Positions 9,303-21,108 of a stretch of DNA of 64,000 nt are shown here, piece after piece. The notes beneath the pieces were generated by a model. That model worked only from the letters and a program-made list of their open reading frames with translations. It was not told the DNA's origin and did not search any database. The position numbers and the translations under genes are program-made. Source of the stretch: Kiritimatiellia bacterium (GTDB lineage Bacteria; Verrucomicrobiota; Kiritimatiellia; RFP12; UBA1067). Within the stretch, counting starts at the first letter, position 1. Each line of letters begins with the position of its first letter. The stretch covers positions 22,839 to 86,838 of the forward strand of contig JAFXXW010000023.1 of NCBI GenBank assembly GCA_017542055.1, given 5' to 3'.

Positions 9303-10442
9303 TTACTTCTGCTCCTTGACGGCCCTGAGGCCCACCGAGAAAATCGTCCCTACCGCAAAAAACGCGCTCAGCATGTTGGTGCCCCCGTAGCTGAAAAAAG
9401 GTAGCGCCATTCCTTTGGTCGGTAGCGCCCGGCACACCACCCCCAGATTGAACATCGCCTGGAAGAAAATGATAAACGCCATTCCGCCCGCCAGATACCG
9501 CCCGAAACGATCCGGCGCATGCGCGGCGATATGGGTGGACAAGACGAAAAACGCGATGAAAAGACCCAACACCCCCACCGAAAACAAGAGCCCCATCTCT
9601 TCCGCCCCGATCGCGAAAATGAAGTCGGTATGCGCCTCGGGCAGATACGCCTGCTTCTGCATCGACTGCCCCAAGCCTACTCCGGCGATTCCTCCGTTCT
9701 TGATGGCCACCAGACTCTGCCGCGACTGGTACTCCGCCCTTTTCGCGGCCGGGTCCATCTGCTCTTCCGTCTTCTGTCCCGACTGCTCCGAAGACGTGGC
9801 GATGAACGCCGAAATTCTCGCCATTCGATTGGAATTGTGCGCCACGTGCCACCCCACTACCGCCACGCCCAAAAGGCCAAAGAGGAAGAGCTGGCGCAGT
9901 CTCACCCCCGCCAAAAACATCACCAGAAACCCCGCTGCCGCGATGACCATCGTCGACCCGAAATCCGGCTCTTTCATGACGAGCGCCGCGAGAATGCCGA
10001 AGATGACGGCCGACCCCACGCCGCCCTTCCAGAAGAGCTCCACCCGCCAGGCGAGCTTGTCCAGATAGACCGCCGTGCAGATGACTGCCGCCAGTTTGGC
10101 GAGTTCGCTCGGCTGCAGATTGAAGAACGACAGATTGATCCACCGGCTCGACCCGTTGATCGGACGGGTGAACAGCACCGCCACCAGCAATCCGCACATG
10201 ACGAGGTAGAATATAACCGCCAACGCCGGATATTTGCGCCAGTTGCGATAATCGAATTTCGCCGCCAGCAGCGCCAGCACCACCCCGGCTCCGCAGAACA
10301 CGAACTGCCTCGTCAGAAAGTGGTACTGGTTGTGATGGATGCGTGCGGCGTTTACTCCTCCCGCGGATGAGAGAACGATAAGGCCTAGAGTCGCCAACAA
10401 CGCAACTACTAGGCCCAACCAGAAAAGCGCGGCCTTGCGCAC
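9303..10442 (-). CDS. ftsW: SEDS family peptidoglycan glycosyltransferase (probable FtsW)
   Basis: Ten TM segments and a C-terminal PTKGMALPFFSYGGTNM motif. Lies in a dcw-like context with murD. Confidence 0.8.
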   Translation of the reverse strand: MRKAALFWLGLVVALLATLGLIVLSSAGGVNAARIHHNQYHFLTRQFVFCGAGVVLALLAAKFDYRNWRKYPALAVIFYLVMCGLLVAVLFTRPINGSSRWINLSFFNLQPSELAKLAAVICTAVYLDKLAWRVELFWKGGVGSAVIFGILAALVMKEPDFGSTMVIAAAGFLVMFLAGVRLRQLFLFGLLGVAVVGWHVAHNSNRMARISAFIATSSEQSGQKTEEQMDPAAKRAEYQSRQSLVAIKNGGIAGVGLGQSMQKQAYLPEAHTDFIFAIGAEEMGLLFSVGVLGLFIAFFVLSTHIAAHAPDRFGRYLAGGMAFIIFFQAMFNLGVVCRALPTKGMALPFFSYGGTNMLSAFFAVGTIFSVGLRAVKEQK

Positions 10443-10448
10443 TTTCCG

Positions 10449-11452
10449 TTACTGGTTGTCGGCGGGCAGCTTGATCACCTGGCCCGCCTTCAACTGGTCG
10501 CCTTCTTCGAGCCCGTTCAGCTCGCGAATCTTGGCCGCCGCCACGCCATACTGGATGGAAATGCCGGTGATGTCGTCGCCTTCCTGCACGGTGTAGTCCA
10601 TCGTGGCCACCTGGGGCACGGGCGCCGCTTCCGCCGGAGCAGCCGCTTCTTCCGCTACCGGCGCTTCGACCGGAGCTTCCGCTGCCGGACGGGCCGGCGC
10701 GATCGTCAGCTGGGTGGGCTCGGCAACAGTCTCGGTCGCGGCCGGCTGGGGTGCGGGAGCGGTTTCCTGGACGGCACCTGCCGCCGGAACCTTCAGCTTC
10801 TGGCCGACGCGAATGTTGTTACTGGAAAGTCCGTTGAGCGACTTGAGCTGGCGGATGTTGATGCCGTTACCGTAGGCGATCTTGCCGAGCGTGTCGCCTT
10901 CCTGCACCGTGTACGTCGTGGTTTCGCCGGTGTAGGTGGTGGCCTGCGAGCTCTTGCCGGTCGTCTTTTCGCCACCCTTCTTGGCGGGCGCGGCAGCCAT
11001 CGCGGGCTTCTTCTGCTCGCCCACGTTCACCTTGCCCGGAAGCTTGATGGTCGCGCCCAACAGGATCTTGTCGTCCTTCATCTTGGGGTTGGCGTCGCGA
11101 ATGGCCTGCTGCTTGATGTTGTAGCGCTTGGAAATTCCGCTCAGAGTGTCGCCGCGCTGCACGATGTAGGGCGTGGTCTCCTGCACGGGAGCCGGCGCCT
11201 CCACCTTGCACTTGCAATCGGCCGCGCCGCACTTGCAAGGCGTCTTGTGCACCGCGCCCGCCGGACACGTGCACTTGGGCTCCTCTTCGACCACCACCAC
11301 TTCGACCGTTTCGGTCTGCTCGGCTTCCGGAGTGGCCTCCACCTGCTTCACCTCGTCCTGCGCCTGAGGACGGTGAGGCTTCAGATAATCGGGATCTTTG
11401 CACCCGGACAGCGTCGCGACCGCCGCAACGCCCACAACCAACGCGATCTTGT

Positions 11453-11456
<4 letters not shown>
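10449..11456 (-). CDS. LysM-domain lipoprotein with a Cys-rich CTCP...CKCG..CKCK motif
   Basis: Lipobox LSGC. Three LysM repeats (YTVQEGDTL..., YIVQRGDTLSGIS, YTVQEGDDITGIS). Low-complexity Ala/Pro linkers. Confidence 0.75.
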
Positions 11457-14723
<3,267 letters not shown>

Positions 14724-14762
14724 TCAGCCTTTCACCAGCTTAAAACAATGTTAGTATCTAAT

Positions 14763-14791
14763 ATTATATCATATTCCGGCCAAAAAAGCAA
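14763..14791 (-). promoter_or_regulatory. Sigma70-type promoter upstream of gyrB
   Basis: Minus strand reads TTGCTT, a 17-bp spacer ending GGAATATGA, then TATAAT (extended TG-10). Belongs to the conserved promoter family in this window. Confidence 0.7.
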
Positions 14792-14808
14792 GCAAAATCT
14801 GCACCAAT

Positions 14809-14840
14809 CGGTAAATCGAACAATCGGTAAATCGGTAAAT
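14809..14840. repeat. 8-bp tandem repeat array (cggtaaat x4, one degenerate)
   Basis: cggtaaat cgaacaat cggtaaat cggtaaat, immediately upstream of the gyrB -35. The same array recurs at 51097 and 51825. Confidence 0.8.
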
Positions 14841-14842
14841 GC

Positions 14843-14932
14843 CGGGGGGGTGCCCACCCCCTCCCCCTATCGCCCAATAGGGCGTCACCCCCTCGCCATA
14901 CGGGGCGACACCCCGGGGGGTGCTTACCCCCC
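14843..14932. other. Cluster of GC-rich hairpins (homopolymeric G/C runs)
   Basis: Hairpins ggggggtg/caccccc, cgccc-aata-gggcg, tcgcc-atacgg-ggcga and gggggg-tgctta-cccccc. No T-tracts. Confidence 0.5.
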
Positions 14933-14993
14933 TCGCCCATACCCCCCCTTGAGCTTTTCCGTCTCGACCTGCACCCTGATTCCGATAGCCTTT

Positions 14994-15030
14994 GTATCTG
15001 CGCTTATTATATAAGCGCGCATCCAGATAC
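14994..15030. repeat. 37-bp imperfect nested palindrome
   Basis: GTATCTG CGCTTAT TAT ATAAGCG CGCATC CAGATAC: an 8-bp inner stem plus a 7-bp outer inverted repeat. Confidence 0.7.
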
Positions 15031-15043
15031 AATCGGTCCCGAC

Positions 15044-15063
15044 GAATCCGATATATCGGATTC
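15044..15063. repeat. Perfect 20-bp palindrome GAATCCGATATATCGGATTC
   Basis: The sequence equals its own reverse complement. The half-site ATCGGATT recurs at 15154. Confidence 0.85.
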
Positions 15064-15211
15064 CATCGAACATCTAATTCAAGGCAATAAAGATTCTATA
15101 ATATTTTTCGCAACTTGCCGTCAAGGCCAAAAGTGATTCCGACAAACTCCCTTATCGGATTTACCCTCCATCGGTTTCATCTAATTCAGCCAAAACGCAA
15201 TTTGCTTTAAT
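15064..15211. other. AT-rich region with iteron-like 22-bp direct repeats (tccatcg..catctaattca x2); candidate replication origin of the adjacent helicase module
   Basis: Sits immediately 3' of the helicase gene. GC is far below the window average. Direct repeats at 15062-15084 and 15167-15191. TATAAT-like and TTATCCATT motifs are present. Confidence 0.45.
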
Positions 15212-16873
15212 TTACTGCGCTTTATCCATTATTTTGCGATACTTTTTGTTGTTCCCGACACCAGTACTGATAAGTTCCACACCATATTCGGTCAAATTAT
15301 CTTTGAAGTAATTGCGGATGGTTCGCATCTCTTCTTCAGTCGGTTTTTTGCCGTCAATCTTGATATTGCTCTTGATGTAATGATCCAACTCGCCGGCGTT
15401 CGGCATCAAACGCTCGACAAATTGGGATAGTTCATTCCCGTATTCGGCGAGCTTGGAGTCGTCCAAGCCGTCTTTCTTGGCGGCCTTAGGCGCGTCGGTG
15501 TAAGGCACTTCGTGCCAATAGACCATATCGCCACCTTCATCGATTGCCGGATCGTGATAGCGGATGAACTTGACCGGCAGCGAATATTTCTCTTTGACCT
15601 CCTTGGGAATATCCCATCCTAGCTGCTTATGACGCTTGCTGCCCGCAAAATAGAAGTGACCGGGCTTGTTCTTTACCGGCCACAGGAGCATCGCCGCGCG
15701 CACCCAGTTGGGTAAGTCCGCGCCACCGATGGCCGTATACTGCGCATACTCGTTGATGGGGTTGGCATTGGCGTTGTTTTTGTTGTTCTCCTGCGGCTTC
15801 ACCGTGTGATGGATGAAGATGAGCCCGCACCCCAAGTGCTTGACCTCGGCATCCTCCGCCACTCCCGGCAATGGATTGAGCACCGGCTCAATGGCGCGAT
15901 CGAAGTAATACCGGAAGAGTTCGCGCGCCTTGTCGTTGTTGGAGATGTCCTCGCCCGCCACCCCCATCAGCGGATTGACGATAAACAGATCGAACGGTTT
16001 GCCGGAGTTGCGGAACTCCTCGCGCTGCACCGCGCGAATCCAGTTGGTGAAATCTTTGCCCTGCAACCCATTCTTGAAAAAGAGCCTTATGTTCGCTCCC
16101 ATTCGCGCGAAATCTTCGTCCGTCCAATGCTCCTCCTGCCGCAATCCCCGCTTGATGTCATCGCGGAAACGCACCATCTCGCTCTTGTTGTCTTCGGTGC
16201 CGTAGATGGCGATCTTGAGCGGATGCACCGGACGCAGCCCCAACATCGCCCGTCCATTGGCCCACGCCATCGCCAGTTGCATACACAAAACCGACTTGCC
16301 TTGTCCCGCCAGCGACACCAACATGGCCGCTCCCCCCTTCTGCAACCACTGGTCGCGGATGAGCGCGTCCGGATTGTGGTCGTCATCTACCGGAGCTTCC
16401 AGTTCGTCCAGCGAAACCCCGCAGAGATCCACCGCCGTTCCAGATCCCGGCAGGTGCTCCTTGACATATTCCAGCACCGATGCGATCTGCGCCGTCTTCA
16501 CCGACAAATCCGGCGCGGAGGTTTCGATTTCTCTGAGTTTCTCCTGCCGCCAGCGATCTAGCGTGGATTCCGCAAACTCCTTGAGCAACAACTCGAGTCC
16601 ATTCATGCTCACTTCGACGTAGTTGTAGCGCTCGCGGAAATCGTCGCCCAGATGCGTTTTGAGCCGGTCCACCAGAATCGGAATATCTTCCAGATAGGAG
16701 CCATCGACATTGCGCGCCGAGATAAGCACCTCGAAAGCTTTGCGTGTCTTTTCGAAAAGGAAATAGTCCGGCTTGATTTTCCACCGCTCCACCCGCTGCA
16801 ACATTTCCTCCATGCGATTGGAATTGCCCAACATCGCCAACAACACTTTCGTTTCGCATTCTAGCTGCGTCAT
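15212..16873 (-). CDS. MGE-type replicative helicase: DnaB-N-terminal-like domain + AAA_25 (RecA-like) ATPase + C-terminal domain of unknown function
   Basis: Real start MTQLECETKVLLAMLGNSN (ATGA overlap with the upstream gene). Walker A motif SLAGQGKSVLCMQLA. A DLFIVNPL...IFIHHTVK pattern. Confidence 0.65.
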   Translation of the reverse strand: MTQLECETKVLLAMLGNSNRMEEMLQRVERWKIKPDYFLFEKTRKAFEVLISARNVDGSYLEDIPILVDRLKTHLGDDFRERYNYVEVSMNGLELLLKEFAESTLDRWRQEKLREIETSAPDLSVKTAQIASVLEYVKEHLPGSGTAVDLCGVSLDELEAPVDDDHNPDALIRDQWLQKGGAAMLVSLAGQGKSVLCMQLAMAWANGRAMLGLRPVHPLKIAIYGTEDNKSEMVRFRDDIKRGLRQEEHWTDEDFARMGANIRLFFKNGLQGKDFTNWIRAVQREEFRNSGKPFDLFIVNPLMGVAGEDISNNDKARELFRYYFDRAIEPVLNPLPGVAEDAEVKHLGCGLIFIHHTVKPQENNKNNANANPINEYAQYTAIGGADLPNWVRAAMLLWPVKNKPGHFYFAGSKRHKQLGWDIPKEVKEKYSLPVKFIRYHDPAIDEGGDMVYWHEVPYTDAPKAAKKDGLDDSKLAEYGNELSQFVERLMPNAGELDHYIKSNIKIDGKKPTEEEMRTIRNYFKDNLTEYGVELISTGVGNNKKYRKIMDKAQ

Positions 16874-17451
16874 TGTCTTGCTCCTTCCGGCTTGTCTTCC
16901 TGCTCCACTCGATTCCATCTGCCGATCAGATTGTCGAAGCGCGCCCAAAGTTCCGAATACGCGCCAATCCACTTGGACGACATAAGTTCGCCAGTTTCGC
17001 CGGTGAATACATCCAGCCAAGCCTTACGCGTCGCATCATGCGCTTCGATGAGACGCAAGACCGGCCATTCCAGTTCCGGACGCTTTTCCGCCAAGAGACG
17101 GAAAAAGCCGTCCCACGACCGTTTCATCGCATCTAGCGCATCCTGTAGCGCATCCTGTTCTGGATACTTTAGTCTGCCGGCAAGCGCCGAAAAGCGGATG
17201 AGGTTGCTCACGTCGTAGGTGGCAAGCAGTTTGTGAATCTCTTGGACGGGAAAGTTGGCCGAATCGTCCTCACGCACTTGCCCCGCCAAATAATCCAGCA
17301 TTTTCGCGGACAACTCCGGCACCTGCACCAGCTCCGCCACCACCTTTCCGCGTTCCGAAATAAATCGCCTGGCGTTCGTGCGTGCCGCTTCCACCGCCAC
17401 TTTCGCGAGCGATCCCATTTCCGCGTTCTGTCTGGTTTCTTTTTCGAGCAT
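16870..17451 (-). CDS. Hypothetical protein (middle gene of the ATPase-helicase operon)
   Basis: 193 aa measured from MLEKET (an alternative start at 17472 is possible). No recognisable motif. Translationally coupled to the helicase gene. Confidence 0.5.
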   Translation of the reverse strand: MLEKETRQNAEMGSLAKVAVEAARTNARRFISERGKVVAELVQVPELSAKMLDYLAGQVREDDSANFPVQEIHKLLATYDVSNLIRFSALAGRLKYPEQDALQDALDAMKRSWDGFFRLLAEKRPELEWPVLRLIEAHDATRKAWLDVFTGETGELMSSKWIGAYSELWARFDNLIGRWNRVEQEDKPEGARQ

Positions 17452-17455
17452 ATCG

Positions 17456-18643
17456 TTATCGAAATAGATCAAGTGGATTCAGCGCCAGAAAATCTCCAAC
17501 CGGCATGCCTTCCGGCCCTACCAGCAAAACTCCATGCGGCTTGAATCGCTTGCGGAATTCCGCCATTCCCGAAGTAAACGTTTCTCGATTGGTCTTCACT
17601 TCGATCGCCACCAATTTCCCCTGTTTTTTCAGCACGAAATCAACTTCCAATTCGCCATCTCGCCAATACATCGCTTCGTAGTTGTCGACAAATGCCCTGG
17701 ACATCAAATGGGCCCCTACCGCCGATTCCACGCAGCGACCCCATTCTACCGGGTTGGACATGATATCTTTGGGCGGCACTCCAAGATAATGGCTCCTAAG
17801 CGAATTGTCGTGAACCTGGAATTTGGGCGAACTGGCCCGTTGGCGCGCCTGGTCGACCGTGCACTTGGGCAAGGCCGAAAGCATTCCGGCCGCCGATAGC
17901 AAAGCAAGGTACCCCGCGAGCGTGGTGGTATTGCCCGCATCGACGAGCGATCCCATCATCTTGGTGTAAGACAGTTCCTTGCCGGAATATTGCGCCCCCA
18001 ACTCGAATGCTTGCCTAAGTAGCGCCGGCTTGGCCACATTCGATCCCATCAGCACATCTTTCTGGATGGTGGCCTCGATTATCGAAGTGCCGATATATTC
18101 CGACCATCGTTCATAATCTTTCGCCAAGGTGGCAGCACCGGGGTAACCGCCGAAATACATATACTCCACTTCGTCAAATCCGAATGCCGCCTGCATTTCC
18201 GGGAAACTCCAATGCGCCACTCGCAACTCTTCGAATCTCCCCTGCATGGACTCGGACAGTCCTCGCTCCAGCATTACCCTTGAAGACCCCAACAATACCA
18301 CTTTAATGTTGACATCGGCGAAAGTATCCGCATCCCACTCTTTCTTGACCGCTTCGCTCCAATTGCGGATCTTCTGGATTTCGTCGATCGCCAGCACGAA
18401 TTCCCGATCGCCGCCCACTCGCATCCTGGTGCGAGCCAATTCCCAGGTATCGCCGATCCATCCCAGATTTTCGCTGGGAACTGCATCGGCCGAAACATAC
18501 AAGTACGGAACCTCAAGTTTGCTCAAAACCTGCTTGACAATGGTCGTCTTGCCCACTTGCCTGGGGCCCACCAATACTTGGATGAACCTGCGCGACTCTT
18601 TCAATCGCGCCAACAGTTTTCCGCATGCCTCACGTTCGTACAT
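17456..18643 (-). CDS. AAA+ ATPase (AAA_14-like) fused to a DUF4143 domain carrying a PD-(D/E)xK-like nuclease motif
   Basis: Walker A motif GPRQVGKTT. C-terminal WRDGELEVDFVLKKQGKLVAIEVK, i.e. a D..EVD...K / E-x-K arrangement. Confidence 0.75.
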   Translation of the reverse strand: MYEREACGKLLARLKESRRFIQVLVGPRQVGKTTIVKQVLSKLEVPYLYVSADAVPSENLGWIGDTWELARTRMRVGGDREFVLAIDEIQKIRNWSEAVKKEWDADTFADVNIKVVLLGSSRVMLERGLSESMQGRFEELRVAHWSFPEMQAAFGFDEVEYMYFGGYPGAATLAKDYERWSEYIGTSIIEATIQKDVLMGSNVAKPALLRQAFELGAQYSGKELSYTKMMGSLVDAGNTTTLAGYLALLSAAGMLSALPKCTVDQARQRASSPKFQVHDNSLRSHYLGVPPKDIMSNPVEWGRCVESAVGAHLMSRAFVDNYEAMYWRDGELEVDFVLKKQGKLVAIEVKTNRETFTSGMAEFRKRFKPHGVLLVGPEGMPVGDFLALNPLDLFR

Positions 18644-18653
18644 GTCGCTTGCC

Positions 18654-18707
18654 TTTTACTCAATACCTTGCAGGATTTTACTCAATGACTGGTAATTTTT
18701 TACTCAA
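18654..18707. repeat. Three direct repeats TTTTACTCAA(T/C) spaced 21-22 bp, in the leader between the -10 element and the start codon
   Basis: Repeat copies at 18654, 18676 and 18697. The spacing corresponds to two helical turns. They overlap the predicted TSS region. Confidence 0.7.
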
Positions 18708-18715
18708 CAGATAGT

Positions 18716-18745
18716 ATTATATCATATTTTTCGCCCAAATGTCAA
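18716..18745 (-). promoter_or_regulatory. Consensus sigma70 promoter (TTGACA-18-TATAAT) for the ATPase/helicase operon
   Basis: Minus strand reads TTGACATTTGGGCGAAAAATATGATATAAT. Confidence 0.7.
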
Positions 18746-18837
18746 TAGAGAAATACAAAATGTTTCTTCCCGCCAGCCCATGCGCCACCCGGCAGATAAC
18801 GATGCGCTGTCGTTTTGATCCCGATGAACACCGCGCC

Positions 18838-18880
18838 GCATCCCGATCAAATTATCACCGCATCCCGATCAAACTGCCCT
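18838..18880. repeat. Two 16-bp direct repeats CCGCATCCCGATCAAA separated by 6 bp, plus a related half-site
   Basis: Seen directly in the sequence. Located about 95-140 bp upstream of the -35 of the 18716 promoter. Confidence 0.7.
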
Positions 18881-18913
18881 TGAGGGCGACAGAAGCGATA
18901 AACTTCGCTTCGC

Positions 18914-19912
18914 TTACTTGGCACCCAGTATTTCCGCTTTTTTCCTAGCATATTCTTCGTCGGTCAAAAGTCCTTTCTCGTGTAAGCTGTCCAATCGTTT
19001 GATTCGCGCTTCAACTTCTGGACCAGGCGTTTTCTTGGTTGCCACTTCACCCTTGCGCTTAATCTTTGGCTTGGTCGCTTTGGCTGCAGGTGCTGGCTTG
19101 GCGACTGGCACTGGCTTGTCGGACAGTTCAACCTTTACCGCAGGCGGCGGAGCTTGCTCTATCTTAGGCTCCGGTTTGGCGACTGGCGGATCGATTCGTG
19201 CCTTGTCGTTTCCACCGAACTTGAAGTTTACGAGCGGAAATTTCCATCCGTTGGCATTCCGGTTCCAAAGACCGATCTGCACCGACCAGTCCGACCCGGA
19301 AGGATCGTGCTCTTTGATTTCATTGTAGAGACCTGCAATCTGCAACCCGCTACCGTACTTTGCCTGATTGCTGAGGCCCGCCACTTGAATTCCGCCGAAA
19401 TCCTCGCTACCGTTAAACAAACTTCCGACTTGAATACCGTTGAGTTCCTTCGCCCGGTTCCACATGAGACCCACCTGAATGCCGTTCATGTCCAGCACCT
19501 CCGAACCCCACCAGCCAATGCCTAGCCCATAGACAGACCGCTGCGCAAAGCACGGATACTCCCAGCCTTCGACAGAATTGGGTTTTCGGGGACCGTAGGC
19601 GAACGGAACAGGATGGAAATCCTGAATCATAATGCCGCATATGTTCCAGTGATAGGCTCCAACTTCGCCAAACGAATAGGAAAAAGGCGACCAAGTGTCG
19701 GACGGAGCTTTTCGCCAAGCCTCCATACGCCGCTCCATACGCTGCTCCTGACGTTTGAGATTTAGCTCCTGAAACTCTTGTCGCTCCTCGGCAGTAAGGA
19801 AAAGCGTCCCTTTTCTCCGCACCACATCCTCGATTGGCTCCTTTTCCCCTGATTTAGGCGTATGGCACGCCACTATCGGCAGACACAGCAAAAGACCAAG
19901 CAATTTTTTCAT
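18914..19912 (-). CDS. Lipoprotein with GIQVG-type internal repeats and a C-terminal SHOCT domain
   Basis: Lipobox IVAC. Repeats NGIQVGLMW / NGIQVGSLF / GGIQVAGLS / GLQIAGLY. A Pro/Lys-rich linker. C-terminal LHEKGLLTDEEYARKKAEIL. Confidence 0.7.
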   Translation of the reverse strand: MKKLLGLLLCLPIVACHTPKSGEKEPIEDVVRRKGTLFLTAEERQEFQELNLKRQEQRMERRMEAWRKAPSDTWSPFSYSFGEVGAYHWNICGIMIQDFHPVPFAYGPRKPNSVEGWEYPCFAQRSVYGLGIGWWGSEVLDMNGIQVGLMWNRAKELNGIQVGSLFNGSEDFGGIQVAGLSNQAKYGSGLQIAGLYNEIKEHDPSGSDWSVQIGLWNRNANGWKFPLVNFKFGGNDKARIDPPVAKPEPKIEQAPPPAVKVELSDKPVPVAKPAPAAKATKPKIKRKGEVATKKTPGPEVEARIKRLDSLHEKGLLTDEEYARKKAEILGAK

Positions 19913-19913
19913 T

Positions 19914-20453
19914 TCAAAGCTCCTTGATGATTGCGGATTTCTTCTGTTCGTATTCTTCCTTGTTCAAAAGACCTTCCTCGTATGCGAGCTTGAGTTCTTG
20001 CAAATTTTGTCTCATCGGGTCGTTCGCCTCCATCTCCTCTGCGAGATATCCATACTCCTGCACCAGTTTCAGGTTGTTGGCGCGATTGACATCCATTATC
20101 GCTCCAGCCATGCCGAATGGCATTGTCACCGAATATATGTACGGGAACCATGACACCGACAATAAAAGCACCCCGCTGCCATTAAGCTCCGCTCTGTCGT
20201 AATCGTGGTTTTCGATGGCCGCATCGCCCATTTTGTTGGCGATAAACATTTGCCCCGCACCCGGCAAAATACTCCAGAAAATCGCTGGCGTCATTTTGAC
20301 GGCCGGTTTGTATCCTGGCGGCGGATTGCCTGCCCAACTTACCCCCTGTTCGTGCAGTCGATCCAATTGCGCCCGCTCTTTTTCGTACACGCGCACGGAA
20401 TTACACCCGGCCATGCCGGCCAGCATCGCCACCATCAATATGCACTTTTTCAT
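19914..20453 (-). CDS. Lipoprotein with a C-terminal SHOCT domain
   Basis: Lipobox LAGMAGC. C-terminal LKLAYEEGLLNKEEYEQKKSAII. Confidence 0.7.
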   Translation of the reverse strand: MKKCILMVAMLAGMAGCNSVRVYEKERAQLDRLHEQGVSWAGNPPPGYKPAVKMTPAIFWSILPGAGQMFIANKMGDAAIENHDYDRAELNGSGVLLLSVSWFPYIYSVTMPFGMAGAIMDVNRANNLKLVQEYGYLAEEMEANDPMRQNLQELKLAYEEGLLNKEEYEQKKSAIIKEL

Positions 20454-20763
20454 AGCATCCTTTCGTTTTCTGTTTTACCGCGTGCGATCCACAAAAAGAA
20501 AACCTCCCTTTGTATCTCTAGAGAGGCTGTGAGAATTGCCCAGATGGAAATACAAAGAGAGGAAGTGCGTTTGCACTTTCCCTGCCAAGTTTCGTCCATC
20601 TTGAAACTTCTCACATTTCTCTAGACGATCGCTTTGCAGCGTTGCAAATTGTCTGTCACTCCGCGCGTTGGCGCGGCGACGTTTGGCGGGGCGTTGCCCG
20701 CCTATACCGTTTTACCTTCTGCCGTTTCCTTTCATTCGGTTCAACGATGGTTTGAAATCTTGC

Positions 20764-21108
20764 TCATGGTTTCGGCAGTTCTGACTGTATGGCGGACAAC
20801 TGCTTTCTCATCTTCGGCAATACGCCGCGAACCGTTTCCCACAATGCCGCATAATCAACCCGCATGTATTCGTGGGCTATCATATTGCGAAGACCCACCA
20901 TCTTGTGCCATTGCACTTCCGGATGGTCGGCCTTCATCGCTCCAGACACCATGTGCGCCGCCTCGCCGATAATCATTATATAACGCTCGGCTGCGGCAAG
21001 CTTATCCTTGTTCTCAAGAAAATCTTCTTTCCGGATGCCGTCGGTCGATTCAAGCGCATCATCGATAGCGCCAAGAATATGCAGGATTCGATCGTAGTCG
21101 CGCATCAT
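20764..21108 (-). CDS. hepT: HepT-like (DUF86) toxin of a HepT/MNT toxin-antitoxin pair
   Basis: RNxxxHxY motif LRNMIAHEY. ATGA overlap with the upstream MNT gene. Confidence 0.8.
   Translation of the reverse strand: MMRDYDRILHILGAIDDALESTDGIRKEDFLENKDKLAAAERYIMIIGEAAHMVSGAMKADHPEVQWHKMVGLRNMIAHEYMRVDYAALWETVRGVLPKMRKQLSAIQSELPKP

Noticed and set aside
14809-14840. Possible CRISPR array (short tandem repeats)
   Set aside because: The repeat unit is 8 bp with no spacers. These are simple tandem repeats, not CRISPR.
15190-15200. DnaA-box-like TTATCCATT suggesting chromosomal oriC near gyrB
   Set aside because: Only a single imperfect box, no dnaA/dnaN nearby, and all genes are co-oriented across the region. 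An element-specific origin is more plausible than oriC.
18739-18948. 69-aa plus-strand ORF in the intergenic region
   Set aside because: It overlaps the direct repeats and a putative terminator hairpin, has no RBS and shows odd composition. The repeats are more likely regulatory DNA.
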